Positions 14,338 through 28,826 of a stretch of 64,000 nt of DNA are shown in pieces (positions within the stretch are counted from its first letter, which is position 1; each line of letters begins with the position of its first letter). Source of the DNA: Octopus sinensis (Eukaryota); assembly GCF_006345805.1 (NCBI RefSeq), contig NC_043014.1:51770001-51834000 (forward strand), written 5' to 3'. The notes below the pieces were generated by a model, which worked only from the letters and a program-made list of their open reading frames with translations, was not told where the DNA came from and searched no databases. A program made the position numbers and the translations under genes.

Positions 14338-14572
14338 TATTCAGGGAACTTTTGAGCGGGATGGTCTACTCGACCTGAAGAAAATTCTAACTACGTCCCA
14401 CCTACATGGTCATGCACTGCTTATATTGATATGATATACCAATGTCACGCCCATATGGTTTTGAGTCATCTGCTCGGTGCACCCTTATCAAACGGGTAAG
14501 CATGATGGATGTACTGGGCTTCATATATTTTACCACTGTGTAACTTTGGTGGCATACGCTTCACTCTCACTC
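14338..14572 (+). mobile_element. Family E, 5'-truncated diverged copy
   Basis: Reverse complement of about 13355-13590; ends ctctcactc followed by an AAT-like tail. Confidence 0.8.
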
Positions 14573-14659
14573 TATAACAATAATATTATTTTACATACAA
14601 TAAATTAATAATAGGCAAAGGCACGTAGAAAAACATTTATAGGATTTTCTATATGTAAT

Positions 14660-14806
14660 TCATCACAGCACGAAGTTTTGTCAGCGAACAGGTCGCGGTC
14701 TCAAAGCGACGAAAATATTTTGACAAATTAAATTTAAATGTTGAAGTGAATCTAACGGCTTTTTGTGTGTTTCTTAAATGGCTAATAAACACCTTCCACG
14801 CTGCAA
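14660..14806 (-). mobile_element. Fragment of the MITE at 59052-59403
   Basis: caggtcgcggtctcaaagcgacgaaaatattttgacaaattaaattt...ccttccacgctgca matches the reverse complement of about 59110-59230. Confidence 0.8.
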
Positions 14807-14989
14807 TTCATCACGTATTCATTGAAAAGTCATAAGCATTTACATTTATGAAATTGCAATTCATAGACTGTAGAATTTATTAGGAGTATATCGAGAAACA
14901 AACGTACCCTTGACGTAGTAATCTTCTCATCGTAGCTAGCATTTAATCACACACACACACACAACACACACACATATACACGCACATAT

Positions 14990-15486
14990 GTGTTGTGTGT
15001 GAGTCTATATACATATGTATATAAATATGTCTATATACACTTTTATATGTCTATGTGTATATATATGTGTATGTATATACATATATATACATATATGTAT
15101 GTATATATGTATATACATGTGTCTATATGTATAAATATGTATATGTATATATGTATATATATGTGTCTATACGTATACATTTATATATATATATGTCTAT
15201 ATGTATATGTGTTTATATATGTCTATATATATCTATATGTATATGTATACATGTCTATATGTATATATATATATGTCTGTATGTTTGTATGTATATATAT
15301 ATATATATATATAGGTATGTATGTATATAGGTACAAATGTAGTATATGTATATATATAATACTATATATATATATATATATATATAGGTATGTATGTATA
15401 TAGTACAAATGTATATATGTATATATATGTATGTATATATATGTACGAGGTAAGTATGCGTATGTTTATATACGTATGTATGTAGT

Positions 15487-15528
<42 letters not shown>

Positions 15529-15730
15529 TATATATATATGCATATATATATATATGCATATATATATATGCATATATATATATGCATATATATATATATC
15601 TATATATATGCATATATATATATATGCATATATATATATATATGCATATATATATATATGCATATATATATATATATATATATGCATATATAGATACATA
15701 TATATATATATATATATATCTGTATACATG
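14990..15730. repeat. Compound TA/TG microsatellite field
   Basis: Directly visible. Confidence 0.9.
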
Positions 15731-16326
15731 TATACGTATGTGTATAGTAACATGTAAACAGATTGATTGATGTGTATAGTCGTGCGGGTGAGTCAGTGAG
15801 TGTGTGTGTGTGTGAGTGTATTGAGAGAGAGATACTATTACAGTGAGATGATGAGGAAATGGAAAAATAACGCCGAGTGCTTCAAATTGGAGAGATTGCT
15901 AAGCTGACGGAGAGCAAGGAAGAAAGTATGAAGGATGCAGCGAAATTCTGTATTGCTTCAATGGAGTTTCATTAATTGAGGAGGAGATTTTCATCAATTT
16001 GATTTCCCAGACGAATGCATTAACCGAATTGAAAGAATATTAACGCAATTTGTGTAGGCATTACCATATATTGGTAATATATATATAGTGAACGATGAAA
16101 CGATTAAGAATGACAAATATTGCAAGACATACTGAAATGAAACATAACAGAATAAAATGTGTGACCTACCATAAGATATTAGTCACCAGTTATGACTATG
16201 CGAGAAGAAACACAGACGCACACATGTTTTTAATATATATTTATATATAAATATGCACGGATAAATATGTGTCTTCAAACTGTTACATATATAAGTGGTT
16301 TTCATTAAAACACACACAAACATACA

Positions 16327-16329
<3 letters not shown>

Positions 16330-16367
<38 letters not shown>

Positions 16368-16589
16368 GTATGTGTGTGTATGTATGTGTGTATATATGTG
16401 TGTGTGTGTATATGTATATATATATATGTGTATATATTTATGTGTGTATATATATATATATGTGTATGTGTATATATTATATATGTGTATATATTTTATG
16501 TGTGTATATATATATATATATATGTATGTGTATATATATATATGTGTATATATATATATATGTGTATATATATATATTATATGTATGTG

Positions 16590-16624
<35 letters not shown>

Positions 16625-17022
16625 GTATGTGTATATTATATATATATGTATGTGTATATATATATATATATATATGTATGTGTATATATATATAGTATGT
16701 ATGTGTAGATTATATATATATGTATGTGTATATATATATATATAGTATGTGTATATATTATATATATATGTATGTGTATATATATATATATGTATGTGTA
16801 TATATATATATATGTATGTGTATATATATATATATATGTATGTGTATATATATATATATGTATGTGTATATATATATATATGTATGTGTATATATATATA
16901 TATGTATGTGTATATATATATATATATGTATGTGTATATATATATATATATGTGTGAGTGTATATACACATATATATGTGTGTGTGTGTATATATGCATA
17001 TATATATATATATATATATATG
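16330..17022. repeat. (TA)n-tgtatgtg minisatellite-like array
   Basis: Unit of about 20-24 bp, tatatatatatatgtatgtg, repeated. Confidence 0.9.
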
Positions 17023-17349
17023 CATGCGTTTACGTCTACCAAATAGACGTATAGATGTATTAGATTTACCTATCTCACTTCATGTTTCGACAAAAAGTAT
17101 GAACTGCATTAATAGAGTTTCGACACTTATCTGGGCTGCATCAGATTTGTGTTCACATTACTCCAAACAATATATTTTAAGAAATTTGACTGACAGAGTA
17201 ATAAGAAATTGCGTGATCAACTAGAATGGCTTACAGCTATTTCTACTTTGAAATGAAATACACTCATATCTAAATGCGTGTGTATCGCTTCAAAACATGA
17301 ACTGCAATTTCCTTTTGGGAAAGCATTTAAATTTATATTCGTACTCAAA

Positions 17350-17384
<35 letters not shown>

Positions 17385-17394
17385 GCTGTGTTTA

Positions 17395-17580
17395 TCACCC
17401 CGCCATCACTTGACAACCAATGTTGGTGTGTTTACGTCCCTGTTACTTGACGCTTCGGCAAAAGACTCAGATAGAATAAGTATTCAGCTTACGAACAATA
17501 CGTTCTAGACTAAAAACGTTCGACTAAAAACGGTGCTCCAGCATGGTCGTTGTCAAAATGGAGGAAACGTGTTAAAAAGT
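17395..17580 (+). mobile_element. SINE B-related 3' half
   Basis: cttgacaaccaatgttggtgtgtttacgtccc...ggtgctccagcatgg. Confidence 0.7.
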
Positions 17581-17872
17581 GAAAGAATGTATTCAAATAT
17601 CTGTGACTATCTCTGTCACTTTTTGTTTCTCTGTCTCTCTGTTATTATATGTCTCCCTCTCTCTATCTAAATAAATAAATAAATAAAGAAAGAAACCCAG
17701 AGATTGCTAAGACGAAAGTAGGATTACTTTAACTGATAAAGAGACCATTTCAAAAAACCTATCATTATGGTACCTATAATGACTACAGCTAACACCTGTA
17801 AGTCAAATTTGCTCCAATAAAGAAAAACATATTTAATGTTCATTTCTCTAAACTTACCATATCTTTTTTTTC

Positions 17873-18105
17873 TTTTTACTTGTTTCAGTCATTTGACTGG
17901 CCATGCTGGAGCACCGCCTTTAGCCAAGCAAATCGAGCCCAGAACTTTTTCTTTGTAAGCCTAGTATTTATTCAATCGGTCTCGTTGCTTAACCGCTAAG
18001 TTAGGGGACGTAAACACACCAATGTTGGTTGTCAGTGATGTTGGGGAGACAAACACAAACACACAAAATACACACACACACACACACACACACACCCATA
18101 TATAT

Positions 18106-18151
<46 letters not shown>

Positions 18152-18285
18152 GGCTTCTTTCAGTTTCCGTCTACCAAATCCACTCACAAGGCTTTGGTCG
18201 GCCCGAGGCCATAGTAAAAGACACATGCCCAACGTGCCACGCAGTTGGACTGAACCCGGAACCATGTGGTCGGTAAGCAAGCTGT
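17873..18285 (-). mobile_element. SINE family B with extreme 5' end missing
   Basis: Aligns to 5636-6040. Confidence 0.88.
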
Positions 18286-18799
18286 ACATAGTATGTACAT
18301 ACATACACATACGTACCCACATATTGCTGTATCTATCCGATGTAACTAACAGGAAAATGCTTACCCACTGCAGAGCAGATATTTACTTCACGTTTTTCTG
18401 TGTAGTCTTGCACATTCATATATAACATTATTATAGTCATAATGTAGCAAAATTTCGTGGAATATTAAGAAATAAAACGCCATGCTTGTACAAAACTTGA
18501 TATTCACATGGCAGACTGCTGTTTATGTATACCCTAATGCGCGATAGCTGCTGCAATTCTCAATGTTTAAACAATATTAATTCTCACTCATTTTATATAC
18601 AGTATGATTTTCAAAGAGGACATCGCGTGCCATAAGAGTTTTACTGCCATATTTTATATGTCATTGACCGAATATACAGGAATTTCCTACAGTTGTGTGT
18701 TAGATTTATTCAGATGTAGTCATACGTCTTTAATTAAAGATTCTTGCAGATAGTGAAAAGACAGCAGCATAGCGTATTGTAATGAACTTCTTACTACTG

Positions 18800-18849
<50 letters not shown>

Positions 18850-18902
18850 AGATATATATACATAAAAATACAACATATATTAAATTATATATATATAGAT
18901 AT

Positions 18903-18934
<32 letters not shown>

Positions 18935-18955
18935 CAAATGAAATTAACACAATGA

Positions 18956-18997
<42 letters not shown>

Positions 18998-19097
18998 AAT
19001 ACAACATATATATATATATATACAAATAAATTAACACAATGACGTGTGTATATATCTATATATATACACACACACAAATACAATATGTATATATATA

Positions 19098-19155
<58 letters not shown>

Positions 19156-20214
19156 GTCACTGTGTTAATTTTATATGCATTATTTATCTATATAAGTGTA
19201 TTTACATATATACATACGGTGTATATGAATGCATGTGTGTGTGTTTTTGTGTATCATACGTGTGTGCACGTGTGATTGCCCGCACGCACAGAAATGCGTG
19301 TTCTAGAAGCAGAGATAAAATGTGACAGATGGAGAATGGATAGCTTTCTAAATAACTAACTAACCTAAACAGTAAAGCAAATTATACAATAAAATTCTAC
19401 AACAAAGCAAAAAAAGACATATTCCATGGAAAGCTGTGTTCCGCATATACATTGTGTGAAAGATTGAGAATACAAAGTGAGTTGAAGAAAATAATTCTTT
19501 GGAAAACAAAGTCCGTTGGATTGCATTGAAGAGGCAACGGACAGCAACAATGGAATTCATTGAAATTGATGAAATAATAAAAATATGCTTCTGAAAGAAG
19601 CTGGGAAGATACGGACTAACAACAATGATGCGAATAGTGAATAGATAAAATATTTTTAAAGAAGCTGAAGAAGGTAAGAAGGCAATATTATGAAATATAT
19701 AACGTAAAAAAAAAATGGAATATGATGTTTTATCAGTGTAATGCTAAACGGACGATGGAGGAAATAAAAAAAAAAAAAATTTAGGAATCCATGTCGATAA
19801 GAAAAACAAAATGGTGGCTGATTGTGAATGAATTTAGCATTTGTTATAGCGCCATTGTGTCTTCGTTCTTAAAGCTTGGCATTAGGAAGCTGCTTGCGTA
19901 TAAGAAATTCTAGAGTTCTGGGCGTGAGAGAGAGTTTCGTTTATTTGCTGCGCGATAAAGGGAAGTAATGCTGTAGCTGCGTAGATTCTGTAAGCTGAAT
20001 GGGAGTATGGATGGCTTAAAGATTACAACACATTTAAGAATCGATCAATTATTTCAGTATATGAGTCAAAGCATATAGGTAGATATGCACGTGTGCATCC
20101 ATGGATGGGTATTATTTGATATCGATATGCATTGCGATACCTTACCATATACTTCTATACTTGCACAAACAAAACTCAGTGTTTGTGATATATATAAAAT
20201 GTATAGGTGCATGT

Positions 20215-20520
20215 GTATATATATATATATAGTATATATATATATATATATTTAATATATGTATTATATATATATGTATTTATATATATATGTATTTATA
20301 TGTATTTATATATATATATGTATTTATATGTATTTATATATATATGTATTTATATATATATGTATTTATATATATATGTATTTATATATATATGTATTTA
20401 TATATATATGTATTTATATATATATATGTATTTATATATATATATATGTATTTATATATGTATTTATATATATATATATGTATTTATATATGTATTTATA
20501 TATATATGTATTTATATATG
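20215..20520. repeat. (TA)n-tgtatt minisatellite
   Basis: Directly visible. Confidence 0.9.
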
Positions 20521-22122
20521 TGTATATATAAACACATATATATATATATGTATATGTAGGACTGAACCTAGAATCACGAGATTTTGAAGCAAGCTTTTTA
20601 CCACTCACTCTCGCCTCCTTTTGTATATGCGTTTATCTTTAACAAGAGTTGTTGTGGGGATTGTGATGCTGCAGTATTATATTATTTTCTACTGGTTTTG
20701 TATAAACCCAGGTAGAGTCTTGTTGATGATCTATTTTTTTCCATTCGTATCACGTGCTTGGTCTGCTGCAGACCTTACTATTCTTTGGCATATGTTAGAA
20801 TAAAACATACCATTTGCCGTGTGAGAGATTTGATTTGTCGCCTACATTTTTTTCGTCCTAGTATATTTCTATACAGCAGAAAAAAATTGCTGCTCGCAAG
20901 ACAGAAGGCTGTCCATGGTGTGAAACAAACACAAAATGAAACAATATCTATGATACATGTGAATGTTCTAAAACCTTAGCACCTTTTTGCTTCATTTACA
21001 GCTCTTCCTAATTATGTGCTGGAACACCAGTATTGTTGCTTCCCTTGTCATCTAAAATGATTTGTTGCTAAATGTGGATGTCTGGATACGTTCGGTGCTT
21101 ATAGTAATATTATGAAAAATATTAACAGAATTAGCGGATACCGAGGTGCCACACAAGCTGTCTAAATCCTATTGAAAAATAAATATCAAGATCATTCGTA
21201 TAATGGTGTTAACAATCCACCAAACGATAGAATTCATATTTCACGCTTCTGGAGTACTTTTTGAGTATCTTCTGTATGTGTGATTTTCACATCTACATCT
21301 ATAATTATTTTATCTTTGTTCTCTAAACTAATACTTGATCAAATATACGAACATAACACCGGGGGAAATCTCCGCATCTCGTGGTATAAAGAGTGGTTTT
21401 TGAAAATCCGTGGTGTAAAACCGCTTACCACATTTATTTTGAGCACGTATATCCCCCTTCGTGTACAAAGGGTTGATTCTAGATAAAGCCGAGGTAAATA
21501 AGGATAAGAATGCAAAATACAAGACCGGAAATTAAACATGTAGTAATATAATAAGATAAGCAAGTAAATGAATAGGTTGGTGAGGGTGCGATACATGTCA
21601 CATAAGGTAACATGTGCGTTGTGTGTACTATGTAATTTAAGAAGGAATGTTAAATAATTTTTCGAAAATTAATTATGTGACACAATTGAATTGAGTAGAA
21701 TAATAAAGAAAGCCAAAACGATAGATCAGATTAAATTGAAAACGAAATACATTTAACATTTGTAAAGTTGAAGGGCAATATGTTAATATGATTAAATAAA
21801 ATTTTAACAAATATAGAGATGTACGTGTTAAAGGAACGATGAAGCTGAAGATTAAAACGCATAAAGGACTAAAATGAATAAATATTGGAGATGAATTGAA
21901 GATGTGAAAAGAAGATACTTAAGGATGTAAGTGGAATGGTAGCGAATATCTAAACTGAAAATATAACAATCCAGGAAGAATAATTGTCTGCAATGCTATT
22001 AAATTCTAAAAATTTGTTAGAAAACATAACTACGATAACAAATGAAACAGAATAAAAAAAAAAAAAAAAACATATCACACATACATTGTATATCGTAAGG
22101 AGTGTGTGTGAGTATAATATAA

Positions 22123-22202
<80 letters not shown>

Positions 22203-22204
<2 letters not shown>

Positions 22205-22545
22205 CGTGTTCTGATCAATAAGTACCAGGACTGTTGCCATAGTAAAGAAGCTAAAGCACGCAGATTAAAGATTGACCTTGGCAAAGATTGACCTTGAGCA
22301 CTACTGCACAAGCGCATTAACGTTTAACGTTCTAACTCAATTCCGCTATTTACAGCAGGGCATGGAAGGAAGGTGTGTAGCGTGTTATCGCCGCATTGAT
22401 CTGACCATGAGAAAGTTATGACGATATGTGCTCAGAGGTGAAAGCAAAGCTAAAGAAAGTGTATGGAGAGGAGTGCATGAGCCACACCCAAGTTGATGAT
22501 TGTTTCAGACGTCTCTCACATGACTGAAAAAATGGGGATATTGAC
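22203..22545 (+). mobile_element. Mariner 5' end: TIR plus transposase N-terminal remnant
   Basis: Begins tacgtgttctgatcaataagta next to a TA tract; AKLKKVYGEECMSHTQVDDCFRR resembles the mariner HTH region (..VYG..CMSR..V.EWF.RF). Confidence 0.72.
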
Positions 22546-22599
22546 TGAACCCAGAATCATGTTTGCAAGCTAGCTACTTGACACAGAGGCACACCTGTA

Positions 22600-22732
22600 T
22601 TTTTTCCTTTGCTTGTTCCAGTCACTTGACTGCGGACATGCTGCAGCACCGCCTTTTTCCGAAAAAATAGACCATATGACTTACTCTTTGTAAGCATGGT
22701 ACTACGGTCGTCATGCGATGGTGGGGTAGTAA

Positions 22733-22763
<31 letters not shown>

Positions 22764-22767
22764 CACA

Positions 22768-22824
<57 letters not shown>

Positions 22825-22980
22825 CTTCCTTCAGTTTCCGTCTACCAAATCCTCTCACATAGCTTTCGTCAACCCGAAACTATAGTATAAGACACATGCC
22901 CAAGGTACGAGCAGTGGGACTGAACCCGGAACTATGTGGTTGGGAAGTGACCTTTTAACAACACAGCCGCTCCTTCACCT
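22600..22980 (-). mobile_element. SINE family B, internally deleted
   Basis: Aligns to 5636-6066. Confidence 0.8.
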
Positions 22981-23214
22981 ATGTATTAATATATACAATG
23001 TATTTTTCGTTATTTCCCAAACGATATGTTTTAACTTAAAAATATGTAACACCTTATCTGATGACGCTCGCCATGGAGAAGTTCACAAGTGTTAAATTGT
23101 AGTAGAAAGACGCAGTAAGTATGTACTTTAGTTCACGTGGGCGCGCTGTGTTTTCTCGCTTAATGTCTTATAATGTTTATGTATGTCCTTATGTATAGCA
23201 ATTCTCATATTCCC

Positions 23215-23269
<55 letters not shown>

Positions 23270-23552
23270 TACATGTATGTATGTAAATGTATGTATGTAT
23301 ATGTATTGATATATATATGTATGTATGTATATGTATGTATGTATATATATGTATGTATGTATATATATGTATGTATATGTATGTATATGTGTGTATATAT
23401 ATATATGCATATATATGTATGTATGTTTGTATGTATGTATATGTATGTATGTATGTATGTAAGTATCTATGTATATATATATATATATATTTTCGATTAT
23501 TATAAGTATTTAAATTTAGAAAATGCTTACAAACATACGGACGTGCCATAAG

Positions 23553-23599
<47 letters not shown>

Positions 23600-24224
23600 T
23601 CTTTTGTTTGTCCTCATACGGAGTGTAAAAGATCTTCGTTAGATAGGAAAACGAAATTCAGAGAGAAATAATCTTGCAAATAAAAGAGTCTGAGATATAT
23701 TGCATGCGCATTTTAGCGTTCTAGATGATCAGCGATAACACAAAGAAAAAAAAGAATGGTAAACAAGAAAGAAGGAAACAGAGACAGAGTGGCGAGCGGG
23801 GGGGGGGGCGTTGAATGACGGGTTTGGCGTTGATAGGGGTTTTTTTTTGTAAGGGAAATTTGATGAGAGAAATGTGTCACTAAAGAAATATGAGGAGATA
23901 ATAAAGTAAATGTTTGATAAAGGTAAAACTCGTCAAATTACAACAGGAAGCAAGTGATAGCGCATCATAATTAAATATCGGTCACGCGGTAAACAAGTCC
24001 ATTAATATTTTATGAAAAAGCAATTATTTATGATAATTCACTGTGAGTTGAGGCAATACTAGGTGAAATGGTAAAGGTAAGTGCAACGTTATAAGAGTGC
24101 ATGTTTTTTTTTAAGCCAACATGTCTGATTTACTGAATGATTTTGGTGATCGAGCCCTGTGCGCGGAAGCTGTCTTACCTGCAGCGTTGCTGATAACTTG
24201 TACAGATTCGATAGACCAGTGTGA

Positions 24225-24321
24225 AAGCCTATATATATACACTATTGTATGTATATATATATATATATACACCATTATATATATATATATATACACCATT
24301 ATATATATATATATATACACC

Positions 24322-24356
<35 letters not shown>

Positions 24357-24481
24357 CATTATATATATATTATATATATATATATATACATATACACCAT
24401 TATATATATATACACATATACACCATTATATATATATACACATATACACCATTATATATATATATATATACATACACCATT

Positions 24482-24525
<44 letters not shown>

Positions 24526-24530
24526 CACCA
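24225..24530. repeat. (TA)n-cacca minisatellite
   Basis: Repeated tatatatacaccat unit. Confidence 0.9.
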
Positions 24531-24702
24531 TTGCATTTAACTCATAAGGTATTGGAGTCTTACATGTATACCATTCTGCCTAAACAATGGATCTACAAAG
24601 ATAATATCCCTGCATATCTCACATCTATTTTCATTCCTCCACCTCACTCTCGATTTCGTATCTTATCTAAATTCACCAATTGCTTAACTAATTTCTCACA
24701 CC

Positions 24703-24750
24703 GTCTCCGATGAAGGGATATAATAAAAATACTAGAAACAGCTGTAAGAC
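24703..24750 (+). ncRNA. PLE-type hammerhead motif with variant core
   Basis: gucu-CCGAUGA-aggg...acua-GAAA-cagcug-UA-agac: stem I gucu/agac, palindromic stem III ACAGCUGU; U4-to-C change and weak stem II. Confidence 0.5.
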
Positions 24751-24983
24751 CTTCTATTTATAAATATTCTAAAATCTACACAACCTTGGTTTGTTATCTC
24801 ATTCCGGAATTTTTTTTTATATACACACGCTGATATATGATCTAAGTTGGACACATTATTCGCATAATCACCGAACCTGGATATCAACTATGGTCTATCT
24901 ATAGCACGTATTCCGAATTACCTGACACCTTTGCGTCTCACTGACACTATTACCTCTTATAACCTCTCTTTCTCTCTCTCTCT

Positions 24984-25030
<47 letters not shown>

Positions 25031-25054
25031 ACTTTCCCTTTATATATATCTTTC

Positions 25055-25115
<61 letters not shown>

Positions 25116-25529
25116 TTCCCTTTATATATGTATATATATATATATAAGGGAAAGAGGGAGTGAGAGAGAGAGAAGCAGGCATACACACTGCACACTCCCT
25201 TATATGTAACTATGTATTTATGGATGCATGTATATATGTATGCTTTTTCTGTATTTAATCTTTAAAATCTTCCTCTGAAGAAGGAGCTGGTTTGTAACAA
25301 AGATACGGAGCGCCATCTTTGGAACGTAGATAACGAAAATAATGTCACATTTTAAACATGAGGAAAGTCTTGTAGAGTTTTACTCTTCCGCTTACAGAAT
25401 GTATTTGTAACGTGAGAATTGCTTGATTTACATTTTTTCTGAATGTCTGTGTGTGTGTTTGCGTGTGTATGTGTATGTATGATTGAACTGGTACACGTAA
25501 AATGTGTAGAAGCTCGTGGTGTGTGTGTG

Positions 25530-25730
25530 TATGTGTGTTTTATGATTCGTATGATCTTGTGTTTGTTAGCACTACCAAACGTCAACTGATCTTGTTTTGC
25601 TTATGCCCCGGAAATTAGCGGTGAAGCAAAAGAGACTATTGGAACGTCTGAGTTGAAAAGAAAAGTAAAATGTTGTAGGTACGATTTCTTTCGACTAAAA
25701 CCATCAAGGCGTTACCCCAGCATGGCCGTA
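25530..25730 (+). mobile_element. SINE B-related 3' half, degenerate
   Basis: ttttgcttatgccccggaaattagcggtgaagcaaaagagact...ccccagcatggccg. Confidence 0.55.
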
Positions 25731-26138
25731 TCTAATCAGTACATTTCTGTATATAATAACGATGATATGCTTTAAAGATGTTGTAAGTTCTCTACCATTT
25801 CTAGCAGAACGAGCAGGTTTTCTTGAGAGTCCATCGTTTACTGCATGGCATCTACTTCTAGCAAAAGTGTAAATCTACAACCAATTTATTACAGACGTAA
25901 ATGGCAAAGCAGAAAAGTATGGAAAGAGAAAAGGGGAAAAACCTTGCAATACCTAATAAAATAGAAATGAATGGAATGGAAAAAATTCCAATTCTAAATA
26001 AAGCGTTTTAATATTAACTCTTCCGATTTGCACAAGTTATTAAAATTTGCTCAAATTTAATAAAACCACTTGGGGAGATTTCTTTTCTAAGAACGAGCTT
26101 CACTTCTTAAGATTCAAAATTGATTATCAAAACTAAAC

Positions 26139-26200
<62 letters not shown>

Positions 26201-26204
26201 ATAC

Positions 26205-26208
26205 ATGC

Positions 26209-26271
<63 letters not shown>

Positions 26272-26480
26272 TTCTCAATCTGTCTATCTATCCATCTATG
26301 TATCCATCTATGTATCCATCTATTTATCGATCTATTTATCTATCTATTTATCTATCTATATATCTTTCTATCTATCTATCTATCTATTTATATTTATATC
26401 TATCTATCTATTTATCTTTCTATCTATTTATCCATGTATCTAATATATCTATTTAAATTTTTATCTATTTTGTCTATTTA
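26205..26480. repeat. (ATCT)n array
   Basis: Directly visible. Confidence 0.9.
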
Positions 26481-26868
26481 TCTGTCTAGTTATCTGTTTA
26501 TTGTGTTTCTCTCCTTCTCTCTCTTCGTCTCCTCTCTCTCTCTCTCTATATATATATATATGTATGTATGTATATATACTGAACACAATTTAAACTCCTT
26601 AATTCACTGACAAATACTTCGAACGAAATAATAATCTTCTTTATGATGAACATAATTATATTTCATTCAATAACTCCTGATTTAATGAGGCAACCTAATT
26701 CAATGCCTCAATATTTGTATATTTACTCTGACGTTGCAAAAATAACTGTGTACAGCTATTTACCCTGGCACATATGTACATGTCTAGACACATGTGCACT
26801 TCTTTAACTTGATTATAATAGAGATGCGTTTGGTTTTTATTTGGGATCCAAATGTGAAGTATACTTAC

Positions 26869-27013
26869 TGTTTTTTCTCCAATGTCCTCGATTATCGTAT
26901 AAACGTTTGAAGAATTCGATGAAATAACAGACTTTGAAACAAGGCTCGAAATAATGTTGTAGTGTATGATATCTGTGACTGCGAACATTTCACAGATTAG
27001 CTTAATAAACAGG
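26869..27013 (-). CDS. Candidate internal exon, product unknown
   Basis: Acceptor gtccctctacag|C, donor ACA|gtaagtat, 145 nt, one open frame (LFIKLICEMF...EDIGEKT); no family recognised. Confidence 0.25.
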
Positions 27014-28826
27014 CTGTAGAGGGACTTGTAAGAAGACGGACGCAAAGAACAAAGAATTAATAGAAATATGATGGATGAATCATAACTGATGAAGAATAAA
27101 ACGGGAACAGGAATATTACAGAGAGACCTCGAGAAATAAAAGAAAAGCTAGTTGCTACAGAAATCTATTCCAAGAACCACGTATTTCACAGAGAGAAGGA
27201 GAAAATTGCCTAATACAACTTTACAGGGAAGATGTTTGTTTATTAGAGAGAAGTGGGAAAACGTATAACAATATTTCTTGTTGTCTAACTGTGATAGAGA
27301 AATTTCATGAATATCACAACATATCTATATAGAAACTAATGTCCCTGAATATATTTGTTTCATTAACAATATCCTCAAATTCATTCGTTCCTAGAACTCA
27401 ATATGTGGAAACAAAACGCCAATCATGTTTATTTTCATCAGTACTAAACACTTCCCGTACCCTCTAGAATATCGTTTGCAAAACTCTAGGGTTGATTATA
27501 CTACGATAAATACGCAGCGCATTCAAACGATTTTTATAATTTCTAAGAAATAGAGGTGGTGATTAGTTTTCCTGGGTTTCTAAACGTGTGTGTGGGACGC
27601 CTGTACCTACTTTTAAAATTTTATGTCATATAATTTGCAAATAATATCGCTTCAATTTACCAACTTCCATTTTCTATCGGATTGAGTTGATTTGGGCTGA
27701 ATTGCATTTATGTTGGTTAAATTATGGTAAACTATAATTGAAATTCCTCGGTTGCAGTTTCAATAGTTCATAAGGTGTATAAAATCTGCTTTAATTTTTG
27801 TGGTAGCTATGACTAACTGGAAGAATTACTATTTGAGGCTATTTTCTCGGATGCTGAAAAATTAAATCATAATGTACAGTCCCACGTTTTTGATTATTGA
27901 AGAATAGTACTGATATTATATCTTAAAACACACATACACACACTCACAAACGCAGACGCACACATACATATGCACAGACACAAACACACACGCCGCACAG
28001 ATACGCACACACACACATATACTTATTGGAGGATCTGCGATGCTTCTATAATAATGTGTAATACTACGTGTAGTTTTCTCCCGTTGATTTATTCCGTTTA
28101 TTTTCCATTTATATCTTTCTATATTCCCATAATTCACTGGTTTTCCTATAAGATTCTGCACTGTGGCCTCTATAGCTGCGCCTTCAAATACAATATAAGT
28201 ATTGTACTTGAAGCTTCAGATATTTTAAAGTTGTTAATCCATTTAGTATGTGGCGCCAAAATACCTCCGTTCTTCCACAACGGAATTACGATTCTATAAC
28301 TAATAAATGAGATCCGAAGTCATATGTTGTCTTGAAATAATAATTCTCAACTATACTCTTGGAAAACACTGGCAATACATAACCTATTGTGAAATTGCGT
28401 TATATGGATGTTTGCCAAGTGAAGGATTTTCATTTTTACGATATTTGCATTAGATTGACGTATTGCTGTTTACAAATGGAAGTTCGGTTCTACACAGAAA
28501 TATGGCTGTCATCCTATACATCAATACAACTATAAAAAGAAAAACTGCATTTTTCTTAATATAGTAAGACTCTATTAGATTAACGGTTGTAGAGAATTGT
28601 TTATACATTCAAGGAGTCGAAATCACGTGAGAATTTCCAAACTTGGTTCAATCTTATTTTGTTTCCTTTATAGCGGAATAAGAGTAAAATGTGTATAAAT
28701 ATGCACGAACAATCACTACGTTTCGTTTCGGCTCTCGATATAATTTAATTTGGAATCATACTGTCTGTCGTGAAATTGCTGTGTTTTTGTAGTTCGGAAA
28801 GATAATATATATAACCTGTGTACATA

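Noticed and set aside
14990-17054. Many YI/CV/HT-rich ORFs here and in other TA/CA fields
   Set aside because: Dinucleotide-repeat artefacts
17070-17150. Minus-strand CUGAUGC...GAAAC
   Set aside because: Core A9 is missing and the stems are unsupported
19400-22070. Possible LINE relics at about 19400-19720 and 21680-22070 (poly-A at about 22053-22070)
   Set aside because: Peptide similarity is too weak to support by eye; needs TBLASTN/HMM
23055-23125. CUGAUGA...GAAA spacing
   Set aside because: No convincing stems II or III
25271-25330. CUGAAGA...GGAACGUA hammerhead-like string
   Set aside because: GAAA is mutated and stems I and II are poor; at most a decayed relic
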